From positions 1-64,000 of the forward strand of contig NIVC01002607.1 of the NCBI GenBank assembly GCA_002269645.1: a stretch of 64,000 nucleotides of DNA. Direction: 5' to 3'. This document shows, in pieces, positions 12,334-25,500 of this stretch. Every line of letters starts with the position of its first letter. Position 1 is the stretch's first letter. The DNA is from Macrostomum lignano (lineage: Eukaryota). The notes beneath the pieces are model-generated. The model ran no database searches, was not told the DNA's origin, and saw nothing but the letters and a program-made list of their open reading frames with translations. A program made the translations under genes and the position numbers.

Positions 12334-15300
12334 GGGACCCGTTGCTCCTTGTGCTCCACACGCACGAAAACAGGAACTGGCTCTTGAACCGGCCTCGTCC
12401 TCTCTGTACAAATGGCTGATAGACGTGTTCGGGGCGACTGCTGAAACACCAGAAGTGCCAGAATTGATCCATTGCAGTGAGGAGTCGTATTCTGAAACAG
12501 GCAGAATCCTGCTAAATGCCTTTCCAGCTCAGAAAGATTGGCACCAGCGTTTATCTTTCTTAAATAAAACTTCAGTTCTTCAATTACTCTCTCCACCTGA
12601 CCGTTGGACTGATGATGTCCTGGGGGAGTAAGTGTGTGGTCGATGTAGTTCTCTCGCAGGAAAGTAACAAAATCTTCTGCCACAAAAGTTCCACCATTGT
12701 CCGAAACCAGATTTTTCGGCAATCCGGTATACTTGAACGTTTTTCTCAGCGCACTAATGACAATGGATGCTTTCATTGACGGCACGGACTGTACATCTAC
12801 CCATTTTGAAAATGCGTCAACCAGGACAAGGAAGCGTTGACCTTTGAAAGTAGCGATGTCAACGTGAACTCTCTCGAAGAAACTTTTTGTCTCCGGCCAT
12901 GACGACAGATTTGCATTGCTTCTTTTCCTAGCATGTAGCTGGCATTGAACACAACGTTAAACGAATGCATTGATTTGAGCATCTATGTCGGGCCACCAGA
13001 AGTACTGTCTGGATAGACGTAGCATCCTCACGATGCCGGGGTGGTCCTCGTGAAGCATATGGAGAATCTCGCTTCTCAGGCTAGAGGGTGGGACGATGCG
13101 CAATCCCTTGAAAATCACTCCGTTTTGGAGTGTGTATTCCAACTTATTGCGTGAATATGGCAGCATAGCTGGTGGTGGATAAGCAGGCCAGCCGTCTTGA
13201 ATGTACTTCTTGAGCATGTCCAACTTGTAATCTTTAGTTCGTACGATCCTCTGCATAGCTGTTCAGAGTTTCCGAAACCCTCCAGTGCATTGATTTCTAG
13301 GAGGTTGATCTTCTGATCCTCTGAGTCCGACTGCAGTGGAAGTCTGGACAAAGTGTCTGCAGCGTACATCGTTTCACCCTTGACGTACATCACGTTGTAA
13401 TCGTAAGCTCTTAACATTAATGCCCATCGCTGAATCCTTGCTGAAACTCGCTCGGAGACCTCGTTCGGATTAAATATGTACTGAAGCGGTTGGTGATCAG
13501 AAATGATGGTAAATTTTCGACCCGCGAGGTACTGACAAAAGTATCTGGTCCCTTCGACGATCGCTAACGCCTCCCGCTCAATGTTAGCGTAGTTGCTCTC
13601 CGCTGGAGTCAGGACTCGGCTGCCTAGCCAGACAACCTGTCTTTGCATTGGATCATGAGCTAGAACGTACCCGAGGCCATCCTTAGAGGCGTCACAAATC
13701 AAGTATAACGGTTTCGTTATGTCGTATGCGGTTATCACACCGCCTGCAATAATGCTCTTCAGCTTGTCGAATGCCGCAGACTGCTCTCCATGCCAACTCC
13801 AGTGAACTCCTTTCTTCAGCAGCTGATATAACGATCGTGCAATCATTGAAAAGTTATTGCAGAAGACGCCATAGTGTCGGAAGGTGCACAGAGCGCTGCG
13901 CAGTTGGTCCTTGTCTTTTGGATATGGTAACCTCTTCCACGCCTCCATTCGTGCTGGGTCGGGGTGCATGCCTCCATCGCGCAAAATGAAGCCAAGAAAT
14001 CGAACTTCTTTACGACATTCTTGAGACTTTCTCTGGTTAATCTTGAACCCGCAGTTTGCCAAACGATCCTTGACTTGACGAACCAGCTGCATGTGTTTCT
14101 CGGCTGAATCCTCATGTGTCCCAATAATGATGTCATCCTGGTATGAGGCTGTAAATGGTACATCCCGAAGAACTTCGTCCATGATTTCCTGAAATCTTAG
14201 AGGCGCCGCGGAAATCCCGAATTGTAGATATCAGAATGCAAAGAATCCCATGTGAGTAGAAATGCATGTGAGCTCTTGGCTCTCAGGGGATAGAGCCACC
14301 TGTAAGAAGGCCTGTTCTAAGTCTAGGACCGTATAGAATTTAGCGTTGGGAATCTTAGCCAGGATCTCCTCCATCTTCGGAAACCTGTACTTGTCCACGT
14401 CAATAAGACGATTGAGCATCATAGAGTAGTCGCCACACAGTCGAATAGGTCTTCTTAGTTCGGTTTCTACCATAGACTTCATGGAGAAAGGAAGTGAGCG
14501 AGCAGGAAATCGCATGCCTTCCATACTCACACCCGAACGTAAGCGAAAGCTGGCAATGAAGTTTGAGCTTTGATCTCGGACAACTGGTAGGCACTTGTGT
14601 TCATTCGACACTCGAACCGCTTGATCCATTCGCACTAGGTCTAGGGACGGTATGAAGTTCATGCCCAGAATAGCTGTTGTATCTTGACCGACGTAGATGT
14701 TTTCTGAAGCAGACTTGCCACCAATAACTTGTAGCTTTGCCCCGTAGATGACAGAACTGACCGTAGCTTGAAAACCTCCGTAAGATCTTAGTTTTTGGCT
14801 GACTGGCTGTAACTCTAAGCCTGAGCTCTTAGTGATTTGATCTGGAACCTTAGTTACTTGGCTGCCGGTGTCCACAAGCATGTTGACTTCGGTTTTTCCT
14901 AGACGACACCGAACAAACCACTGATCTGAGTAACCCGTTTTTGGCTGTCTAACCGCATGAATGAGTTCCAGATGGTAAGAGCTAGTGTTCCCTGGTGAAG
15001 GGCTGCAGCTTGGCATTCGTTGGATTGCGTTCATAGCCTTTGATCTGCACACGGTAGCTAGATGTCCTACCTTGCCGCATTTATGGCACTTGGCTTCTCG
15101 GAACCTGCATGCTGATCGTAGATGTCCCGATTTCCCACAGGTGTGACACTTAGCTGTTTTACCTTTAGGTTTGCCGCTCGACTGATTATGCAGATGTCCC
15201 TGAGGTTGCTTGAATGAGACAGAGCGTTGGGCACTGCAGCTTCTAGGTCTCGAGAATGTCCCAGCATTCTGCACATTAGCGATAGTTTCCGGCTTGTCTG

Positions 15301-15821
15301 TAGCAGTTGCAATTGACTCGGTCATGAGTCCCTCTTGAATAGCATCATTAAGCTCAAGCGTGCCTTTGGATAGCAGTTTTTGCCGCAGATTCTGACTACG
15401 AAGTCCGAAGATGAACTGAGACAGGATCAGGTCTTCGCGCAATTCACCATATTGGCACTTGTTGGCTTGTTGCTTGAGCCGTGCAACGAAATTTATAGCT
15501 CGTAATGCTCTCCGCGTCCTTTTGAACAGTGGAATGGAACACATGTCGCTCATAGTGAAGCAGAACTTTCGGTTTGAAGTTCACGAGCAAAGTGTCCTGA
15601 ATCGAATTGAACGTAACACCGGCCTTGGTGATGTCTTCTGGTTTTATCAGCTCCTCCACCAGATTGAATGCAGATTTACCGCAGGTAGCCAGTAGGACTG
15701 CTTTGGCTTGCTCCTTCTTCTCAGTTGCCTCCAGGTAGAACAGAAGTCGTTTGAAGTATTGTTCTATCTCTGGGTAAGAAAGTGGCATCTCACCAAGACG
15801 GTACTCCATTGACTGAGCCAT
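12334..15821 (-). pseudogene. Decayed Ty3/Gypsy gag-pol (Mag-like): gag, protease, RT, RNase H, integrase core
   Basis: Two CCHC knuckles (CHTCGKSGHLRSAC, CHKCGKVGHLATVC); protease LVDTGS; RT YQDD; RNase H CDAS..REALA..DHQPL..ADTLSR; integrase HEDHPG..FWWP..C..C, SDNG, SNGQVER. In-frame stops at about 14231 and 12957, frameshifts near 15500 and 13250, and an internal deletion in the RT N-terminus. Confidence 0.92.
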
Positions 15822-15869
15822 TTTGAGGGCGGCAGGTGCGGAATTTTCCTCGACCCTCAGTTGCTTTTT

Positions 15870-15882
15870 ATCCTCGTCGCCA
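15870..15882 (-). promoter_or_regulatory. Gypsy primer-binding site, tRNA-Ser(GCU) type
   Basis: TGGCGACGAGGAT directly after the LTR's CA end. It is complementary to the 3' end ATCCTCGTCGCCA of metazoan tRNA-Ser(GCT), recalled from memory. Confidence 0.8.
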
Positions 15883-16094
15883 TGTTTTGTTTGAAAAACG
15901 CCAAGTCAATGAATTAGGGTAGTTTGAAATTAAGCTATATTTTAGCAGCAGCGCGCTCCTAGGGTCTTGTGTTCCTAAATGAAGAGATTCGAAGCTTAGC
16001 AAACAAAGGAGAGTACTGTATCGCGTCGCATAAACCATAGACTATTTCCGAAGTAAAAGTCTATACTTTGCAGTAGTCATAGCAATACGCAACA
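15883..16094 (-). mobile_element. Gypsy 5' LTR (212 bp)
   Basis: TG...CA termini; adjacent to the PBS and gag; 7 substitutions over 209 aligned bp versus the copy at 45953-46161. Confidence 0.9.
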
Positions 16095-16710
16095 CCAGCC
16101 TCCCAAATCCTCAGTTGCTGTGCCAGCCTCCCAAATCCTCAGTCGCTGGGACAGCCTCCCAGATCCTCAGTTGCTGTGCCAGCCTCCCAAATCCTCAGTC
16201 GCTGGGACAGCCTCCCAGATCCTCAGTGGCTGTGCCAGCCTCCCAAATCCTCAGTTGCTGGGCCAGTCTCCCAGATCCTCAGTTTTTGATTAGCCAGCCT
16301 CCCAGATCCTCAGTTGCTGTGCCAGCCTCCCAAATCCTCAGTTGCTGTGCCAGCCTCCCAGATCCTCAATTGCTGTGCCAGCCTCCCAAATCCTCGGTTG
16401 CTGGGCCAGCCTCCCAGATCCTCAGTTGCTGTGCCACCCTTCCAGATCCTCAGTTGCTGGGCCAGCCTCTCAAATCCTCAGTTGCTGGGCCAGTCTCCCA
16501 GATCCTCAGTTGTTGATTGGCGAGCCTCCCAGATTCTCATTTCCTGGGCCAGTCTCCCAGATCCTCAGTTGCTGTGCCAGCCTCCCAGATCCTCAGTTGC
16601 TGGGCCAGCCTCTCAAATCCTCAGTTGCTGGGCCAGTCTCCCAGATCCTCAGTTGTTGATTGGCGAGCCTCCCAGATTCTCATTTCCTGGGCCAGTCTCC
16701 CAGATCCTCT
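16095..16710. repeat. Minisatellite CCAGCCTCCCAGATCCTCAGTTGCTG(GG/TG), right half of the array hit by the Gypsy element
   Basis: About 28-bp tandem units; the same family as 45658-45946. Confidence 0.9.
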
Positions 16711-16813
16711 GTAGGTTTCTCATCCTATCGAAAAAGCAGTGCGTTATTTTAACCTTCAAAATTTGGCGTCTTTACCATAGAAAATTGCTGTTGGAAGAGC
16801 TTCGTGTTGATAA

Positions 16814-17278
16814 GCCAGTCATTCTTCAAAGCAGAAACGCTCTCAGAAGTATCAAAAGAACTCACAAGTACACGAGCCTATCTTTGAGCATCGCAAAGCA
16901 GAGATGCTGAACTCAAAGCAGCCAAAGAATTCTGACACGATAAGCAGGAATAAAATCGTTGTTCGCGTCATTCACTGCGACGCCACGTACTCCAAAGCAC
17001 TCAGTACCAATCTGCGCCGACTGATGCCGCTGCACCTGATTAACGATATCGATATGGATTATCAGCTGCTGTCAGCTTCTAATTTAGACTTCTTCTCCGT
17101 TGAGATTAAGCGCAGGAATGAATCGAAAATGGTATTTACCTTTGCTAAGAATACCGAGCCGCAGCAATATCCTCTGATCAATATTTATAACAAAGTGGCT
17201 GGAGAATTGTGCGCCGAAATTTTAAAACAGATCAAAAATGCTCAAGAGGACAGGTTTATTGCGCAGCTATACTACTGA
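16814..17278 (+). CDS. Candidate orphan terminal coding exon of an unidentified gene
   Basis: 155 open codons in non-repetitive DNA. Possible acceptors at 16714 or 16818, just after the minisatellite. No domain recognised. Confidence 0.35.
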   Translation, partial: ASHSSKQKRSQKYQKNSQVHEPIFEHRKAEMLNSKQPKNSDTISRNKIVVRVIHCDATYSKALSTNLRRLMPLHLINDIDMDYQLLSASNLDFFSVEIKRRNESKMVFTFAKNTEPQQYPLINIYNKVAGELCAEILKQIKNAQEDRFIAQLYY

Positions 17279-17941
17279 CCTGACAACTGCAATGAGTAGT
17301 TGAACTTCTGGAAAGTAATTTGAAATATTCAGCACAAAATTGAACTGAATTATTGCAGTATGCGTTAAGAAATATAAAGCCAAATTTTGCATCACCACTT
17401 GCTGCCTAGCTGTCTTTAGGAGTCCTTCAAATTTTGATAGTGATGATTTCAAATTTGGGCTTTGAAGGTTGCTTCAACCCAACTATATGTACGAGGAAGT
17501 TAGCTTAAAGCCAACAACTTGGACATGGGGAATATAGCTAGTGGATTTTAGGGTGGGGATATTTTCATGAGAATTGATTTTATAAGAATAAAACTATGAT
17601 CCTATTAAAACTGCAACTGATTTATCAATCTAAGAAATTACAAAAGGATTACTTATTTCCTAATTTTTCACCGTGAAGCTTTGCTTCTGAAAAAAAGATT
17701 GTTTTTTTAAATAAACTATTCTTGGAAATTGCTTAAACTTATCGAATTCCCATTAGCAGCGCATAGGGGATTAACAAATGGAGGTTTGACCTCACCGCTG
17801 AAAGCATTTTTTGTATTTTTTTACTTTTTCGTCATTTTAGGCATCACCTTAAGCGTCTGGCAAAAGGTAAAAGGATCACCTCTGAAAGGTTTACTCAATC
17901 TCAACCCCAAAAGTTGGTACCAATTGTGACCCATGATCTAT

Positions 17942-18400
17942 GAAATTTGCTTGCCGAACTTTGCTTGCAGGAATTTGCTTGCCGAACTTTGCTTGCAGAA
18001 CTTTGCTTGCAGGAATTTTGCTTGCAGAACTTTGCTTGCAGGAATTTGCTTGCAGAACTTTGCTTGCCGAACTTTGCTTGCCGAACTTTGCTTGTCGAAC
18101 TTTGCTTGCCGAACTTTGCTTGCCGAACTTTGCTTGTCGAACTTTGCTTGCCGAACTTTGCTTGCCGAACTTTGCTTGCCGAACTTTGCTTGCCGAACTT
18201 TGCTTGCCGAACTTTGCTTGCCGAAATTTGCTTGCCGAACTTTGCTTGCCGAACTTTGCTTGCCGAACTTTGCTTGCCTGCAAAATTCCTGCAAGCAAAA
18301 TTCCTGCAAGCAAAGTTCGGCAAGCAAAGTTCCTGCAAGCAAAATTCCTGCAAGCAAAGTTCGGCAAGCAAATTTCCGCAAACAAAATTCCTTCAAGCAA
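17942..18400. repeat. 14-bp minisatellite (CTTTGCTTGCCGAA) with an inverted right arm (foldback-like)
   Basis: Forward units to about 18280, reverse-complement units 18283-18400; 17942-17976 pairs with 18342-18376. Confidence 0.85.
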
Positions 18401-19553
18401 ACGTCGTACTCCCCTTCCCTCCTCCGCTCCATTCTCTCCAGTATTTCCTTTCTTTCTCCCCCTCAGGCCCGCAGTCATGCGTTAATCCATCTATCTGTTG
18501 TCTACCTGGTCCTTGAGGTAAAAATTTTGCCGACTCAATTGCTTACAGTGGGTCTCGCTGAGGCAAGGAGTACACTAGGGTGGATTGGCGGAACCTTCAC
18601 AGTTGGGATCTGCACGACCCAGTTCCCAGAAGGGACACACAAATTTTGAGGTATAGCCCGAGCATATACGAATACTCGTACAGCTTCTCTTGGAGGACTT
18701 GCAGCAAAATACACTGCCGAAATGGGAAGTTGCAGCTTCTGGGATTCTGAATTCGAACGAGTCATACGCACAGGCACACACTCACAGGAGTGTACAGCGG
18801 CCTCAACTTTATTTATTGTTAGGCATGTACACTTTGCTGTGCCTTGGGGGTTGGCCCTCAAGCTGGGCGTTAATTGCACGAGCAGAGCCAAGCCGAGATT
18901 TAGCCTCAAATTAATGCCACTGCACTTTGAATGGAGTCTGGACCGCTGACACATCAGAGCGCCACGACCAGAGCATGGATGACTAGGCTACGGCACCCCA
19001 GTAGCCAAATGTATACATGTGAATTTCGCACCCGGACTCCATCTTATCCGAAAATGGCTTGCAGCAAATTCCAACTTAATTTGTGCAAACTAAACTTAAA
19101 TGTGTAACCTTAGCTCAAAATCGAAAAATCGTACAAACTTAGCTTCGGCTTAAACACTTAGTGAAACTTTTTACCACAAACCAAATTTTGTTTTCAATCC
19201 GTAGTAACATGTACTTTTCAGTACAGATTCGCACAGTTCATTTCCATGACCCTTATAACAAGAATTTGTGCACTCTTAGCCATTCTTTAATACACAACTG
19301 AATTGCCGCAAATGCAAACTGTCTATGGCCAGAGCCCGCTGACTGAGATGTACAGTTGCGTCTGTGGCTGAACCCTCAAACCCTATTATATTGCTGATCC
19401 CGAGCCCAAATGCTCTCAGCATTTCTACTTTCGATAAGCTGAATTTGCACTTTTCACAAGACTCTATCAGACAGCAACTAGGAGAAACAAGAAACCTTCC
19501 TTTCAAAGTTCAACAAAAATCTGCGTGGATCAGCTGATCGCTTCGACCTGAGC

Positions 19554-22500
19554 ATGTTCCGAACGGTTCTGCTTCTGTTCTGCATGAGCGCAGCCATCTA
19601 CGGTGCTCTGAGCTGCCCGTCCTCAAAGAAGAAATGTGAGTAGCTTTTGTTGCCTTTGATTTGCGCTTTAGCTTGCTTGTGCTCATGCTCAGCTGCATTC
19701 AGGATAATCCTGCCACTTTTCAGCTGAGCCTGATGCAGCTCCGGAAACCAAGGAGGATCCGCCGAAAGACAGAAGCGATTGGCCTTCAGAAAATCAATTT
19801 CACCCTGGTCTGTGAACAGTCACCATCGAGTGACTTTGATAGCCTTTGATTTGCGCTTTAGCTTGCTTGTGCTCATGCTCAGCTGCATTCAGGATAATCC
19901 TGCCACTTTTCAGCTGAGCCTGATGCAACTCCGGAAACCAAGGAGGATCCGCCGAAAGACAGAAGCGATTGGCCTTCAGAAAATCAATTTCACCCTGGTC
20001 TGTAAACAGTCACCATCGAGTGACTTCTTGTCCTCCTGTCATGATTGATTCCACTTTAATAAATGCATTTTTCTCATCTGTCAGCATGTCAAAAAGTACT
20101 CTCATCATATCAGAACAGTTCCCTCAGCATATTAACATGTCTATAATTCCCAAACAGTTTACAATTCCCTAGCTGTCTAAATTTCCCAAACTGTTTACAA
20201 TTCCCCAGCTGTCTACAATTCCCTAGCTGTCTACAATTCCCCAGCTGTCTACAATTCTCCCAAATGTCTACAGTTCCCCAAATGTCTACAATTCCCAAAG
20301 CTGTCTACAATTCCCAAGCTGTCTTTAATTGCCCTGCTGTCTACAATTCCCCACCTCTCTACAGTTTCCCAGCTGTCTACAATTCTTAAAGCTGTTTACA
20401 ATCCCCCATCTGTCTTTAATTGCCTTGCTGATTAAAATTCACCAGCTGTCTACAATTCCCCAACTGTCTACAATCCCCCCAACTTTCTACTGTTCCCCAA
20501 TATGTGTACAAACATTCACTCCAAAATACTTTGCACTTTAGCTTGTGCTCATGCTCAGCTGCATTCAAGATATAACTGCCACTTTTCAGCTGGGACAAAT
20601 GCAGCTCCGACTAGCCAGGACACTTCGAAAGTCAAAACCACTTTGGAAGATCCAGGTGAGACACCAGTTAGATTTTGAGTTGAATTACAAATTTCTTACT
20701 TCAGTAGAGTAACTTCACCCTGGTCTTTGATCTGTCATTATCAAATCACTTATCTTGCCTTTGTGTCATAAAAGATCCTGTAGTTTTAGCGAGATACGGA
20801 TCATCTCCTGCGTCTACAATGCCCTGCTGTCTAAATTTCCCCAGCTGTGTACAATTCCCCCAGCTCTCTACAATTCCCCAGCTGTCTACGATTTCTCCAG
20901 ATCTCTACAATTCCCCAGCTGTCAACGATTTCTCCAGCTCTCTACAATTCCCCAGCTGTCTACAACTCCCCAGCTGTCTACAATTTTCCAGCTGTCTTCA
21001 AATGCCCCGCTGTCTTTAATTACTCTGCTGTCTACAATATCCCCAGCCGCGTCTTTAATTGCCATGCTCTCTACAATTTCCTACCTGTCTTTAATTACTC
21101 TGCTGTCTACAATTTCCCCAGCCGCGTCTTTAATTGCCATGCTCTCTACAATTTCCTACCTGTCTTTAATTGACCTGCTGTCTACAATTCCCCAGCAGTC
21201 TACAATTTCCCACCTGTCTACAATTCCCTAGCTGTCTACAATTTTCCAGCTGTCTACAATTTCCCACCTGTCTACAATTCCCTAGCTGTCTACAATTTTC
21301 CAGCTGTCTACAATTCCCCAGCTGTCTTCTATTGCCTGCTGTCTACAATTTCCCAGCTGTCTGCATTTCCCCAGCTGTCTAAAATTGCCCAGCTGTCTAC
21401 AATTTCCCAGCTGTCTTTAATTGCCATCCTGTCTACAACTTCCCAGCTGTCTGCAATTCCCCAGCTGTCTACAATTTCCCAGCTGTCTTTAATTGCCTGC
21501 TGTCTACAATTTTTCAGCTGTCTTTAATTGACCTGCTGTCTACAATTTCCCAGCTGTCTTTAATTGCCATCCTGTCTACAATTTCCCAGCTGTCTGCAAT
21601 TTCCCAGCTGTCTTTAATTGCCATCCTGTCTACAATTCCCCAGCTGTCTAAAATTCCCCAGCTGTCTACAATTTCCCAGCTGTCTTTAATTGCCATCCTG
21701 TCTACAATTTCCCAGCTGTCTGCAATTCCCCAGCTGTCTAAAATTCCCAAGCTGTCTAAAATTCCCCAGCTGTCTAAAATTCCCCAGCCGTCTTTAATTG
21801 CCCTGCTGTCTACATTTCTCCACTTGTCTTAAACTGCCCTGCTGTTTAAAATTCACCAGCTGTTTACATTTCCTCAACTGTCTACTATCCCCCCAACTTT
21901 CTACTGTTCCCCAATATGTGTACAAACATTCACTCCAAAATACTTTGCACTTTAGCTTGTGCTCATGCTCAGCTGCATTCAAGATATAACTGCCACTTTT
22001 CAGCTGGGACAAATGCAGCTCCGACTAGCCAGGACACTTCGAAAGTCAAAACCACTTTGGAAGATCCAGGTGAGACACCAGTTAGATTTTGAGTTGAATT
22101 ACAAATTTCTTACTTCAGTAGAGTAACTTCACCCTGGTCTTTGATCTGTCATTATCAAATCACTTATCTTGCCTTTGTGTCATAAAAGATCCTGTAGTTT
22201 TAGCGAGATACGGATCATCTCCTGCGTCTACAATGCCCTGCTGTCTAAATTTCCCCAGCTGTGTACAATTCCCCCAGCTCTCTACAATTCCCCAGCTGTC
22301 TACGATTTCTCCAGATCTCTACAATTCCCCAGCTGTCTACGATTTCTCCAGCTCTCTACAATTCCCCAGCTGTCTACAACTCCCCAGCTGTCTACAATTT
22401 TCCAGCTGTCTTCAAATGCCCCGCTGTCTTTAATTACTCTGCTGTCTACAATATCCCCAGCCGCGTCTTTAATTGCCATGCTCTCTACAATTTCCTACCT

Positions 22501-25500
22501 GTCTTTAATTACTCTGCTGTCTACAATTTCCCAGCCGCGTCTTTAATTGCCATGCTCTCTACAATTTCCTACCTGTCTTTAATTGACCTGCTGTCTACAA
22601 TTCCCCAGCAGTCTACAATTTCCCACCTGTCTACAATTCCCTAGCTGTCTACAATTTTCCAGCTGTCTACAATTTCCCACCTGTCTACAATTCCCTAGCT
22701 GTCTACAATTTTCCAGCTGTCTACAATTCCCCAGCTGTCTTCTATTGCCTGCTGTCTACAATTTCTTTGCTGTCTTTAATTGCCCTGCTGTCTACAATTC
22801 CCCACCTGTTTTTAATTGCTCTTCTGTCTACAATTTTCCAGCTGTTTACAATTCCCCAGCTGTCTACGATTTCTCTAACTCTCTACAATTCCCCAGCTGT
22901 GTACAATTCCCCAGCTGTCTTTAATTGACCTGCTGTCTACAATTTCCCACCTGTCTACAATTCCCTAGCTGTCTACAATTTTCCAGCTGTCCACAATTTC
23001 CCACCTGTCTTTAATTGCCCTGCTGTCTACAAGTCCCCAGCTGTCTTTAATTGACCTGCTGTCTACAATTTCCCACCTGTCTTTAATTGCCATCCTGTCT
23101 ACAATTTCCCAGCTGTCTGCATTTCCCCAGCTGTCTAAAATTGCCCAGCTGTCTACAATTTCCCAGCTGTCTTTAATTGCCATCCTGTCTACAACTTCCC
23201 AGCTGTCTGCAATTCCCCAGCTGTCTACAATTTCCCAGCTGTCTTTAATTGCCTGCTGTCTACAATTTTCCAGCTGTCTTTAATTGACCTGCTGTCTACA
23301 ATTTCCCAGCTGTCTTTAATTGCCATCCTGTCTACAATTTCCCAGCTGTCTGCAATTTCCCAGCTGTCTTTAATTGCCATCCTGTCTACAATTCCCCAGC
23401 TGTCTAAAATTCCCCAGCTGTCTACAATTTCCCAGCTGTCTTTAATTGCCATCCTGTCTACAATTTCCCAGCTGTCTGCAATTCCCCAGCTGTCTAAAAT
23501 TCCCAAGCTGTCTAAAATTCCCCAGCTGTCTAAAATTCCCCAGCCGTCTTTAATTGCCCTGCTGTCTACATTTCTCCACTTGTCTTAAACTGCCCTGCTG
23601 TTTAAAATTCACCAGCTGTTTACAATTCCTCAACTGTCTACAATCCCCCCAACTTTCTACTGTTCCCCAAATTGTGTACAAACATTCACTCCAAAATACT
23701 TTGCACTTTAGCTTGTGCTCATGCTCAGCTGCATTCAAGATATAACTGCCACTTTTCAGCTGGGACAAATGCAGCTCCGACTAGCCAGGACACTTCGAAA
23801 GTCAAAACCACTTTGGAAGATCCAGGTGAGACACCAGTTAGATTTTGAGTTGAATTACAAATTTCTTACTTCAGTAGAGTAACTTCACCCTGGTCTTTGA
23901 TCTGTCATTATCAAATCACTAATCTTGCCTTTGTGTCATAAAAGATCCTGTAGTTTTAGCGAGATACGGATCATCTCCTGCGTCTACAATGCCCTGCTGT
24001 CTAAATTTCCCCAGCTGTGTACAATTCCTCCAGCTCTCTACAATTCCCCAGCTGTCTACGATTTCTCCAGATCTCTACAATTCCCCAGCTGTCTACGATT
24101 TCTCCAGCTCTCTACAATTCCCCAGCTGTCAACGATTTCTCCAGCTCTGTACAATTCCCCAGCTGTCTACAACTCCCCAGCTGTCTACAATTTTCCAGCT
24201 GTCTTCAAATGCTCTGCTGTCTTTAATTTCTTAGCTGTCTTTAATTACTCTGCTGTCTATAATTTCCCCAACCGCGTCTTTAATTGCCATGCTCTCTACA
24301 ATTTCCTACCTGTCTACAATTCCCTAGCTGTCTACAATTTTCCAGCTGTCCACAATTTCCCAGCTGACTTTAATTGCCATCCTGTCTACAACTTCCCAGC
24401 TGTCTGCAATTCCCCAGCTGTCTACAATTTCCCAGCTGTCTTTAATTCCCCAGCTGTCTACAATTTCCCATCTGTCTTTAATTGCCCTGCTGTCTACAAT
24501 TTTCCAGCTGTCTTTAATTGCCATCCTGTCTACAATTTCCCAGCTGTCTTTAATTGCCATCCTGTCTACAATTCCCCAGTTTTCTAAAATTCCCCAGCTG
24601 TCTACAATTTCCCAGCTGTCTTTAATTGCCATCCTGTCTACAATTTCCCAGCTGTCTGCAATTCCCCAGCTGTCTAAAATTCCCCTGCTGTCTACATTTC
24701 CCAGCCGTCTTTAATTACCCTGCTGTCTACATTTCCCCAGCCGTCTTTAATTGCCCTGCTGTCTACATTTCCCCAGCCGTCTTTAATTGCCCTGCTGTCT
24801 ACATTTCCCCAGCCGTCTTTAATTGCCCTGCTGTCTACATTTCCCCAGCCGTCTTTAATTGCCCTGCTGTCTACATTTCCCCAGCCCTCTTTAATTGCCC
24901 TGCTGTCTACATTTCCCCAGCCGTCTTTAATTGCCCTGCTGTCTACATTTCCCCAGCCGTCTTTAATTGCCCAGCTGTCTACAATTCTCCACCTCTCTAC
25001 AGTTTCCCAGCTGTCTACAATTATTAAAGCTGTTTACAATCCCCCATCTGTATTTAATTGCCTTGCTGTTTAAAATTCACCAGCTGTCTACAATTCCCCA
25101 ACTGTCTACAATTTCCCAGCTGTCTGCAATTCCCCAGCTGTCTAAAATTTCCCAGCTGTCTAAAATTCCCCAGCTGTCCAAAATTCCCCACCTGTCTTTA
25201 ATTGCCCTGCTGTCTACATTTCCCCAGCCGTCTTTAATTGCCCTGCTGTCTACATTTCCCCAGCCGTCTTTAATTGCCCTGCTGTCTACATTTCCCCAGC
25301 CGTCTTTAATTGCCCAGCTGTCTAGAATTCTCCACCTCTCTACAGTTTCCCAGCTGTCTACAATTATTAAAGCTGTTTACAATCCCCCATCTGTATTTAA
25401 TTGCCTTGCTGTTTAAAATTCACCAGCTGTCTACAATTCCCCAACTGTCTACAATCCCCCCAACTTTCTACTGTTCCCCAATATGTGTACAAACATTCAC

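Noticed and set aside
18722-18949. CSFWD...HFAV resembling a GPS/GAIN motif
   Set aside because: The conserved W..GC and C.C.H residues are missing.
19300-19440. Possible decayed WSC-like fragment (YSCVCG*..DPEPKCS)
   Set aside because: Needs stops and frameshifts, has too few cysteines, and lies upstream of the signal-peptide exon.
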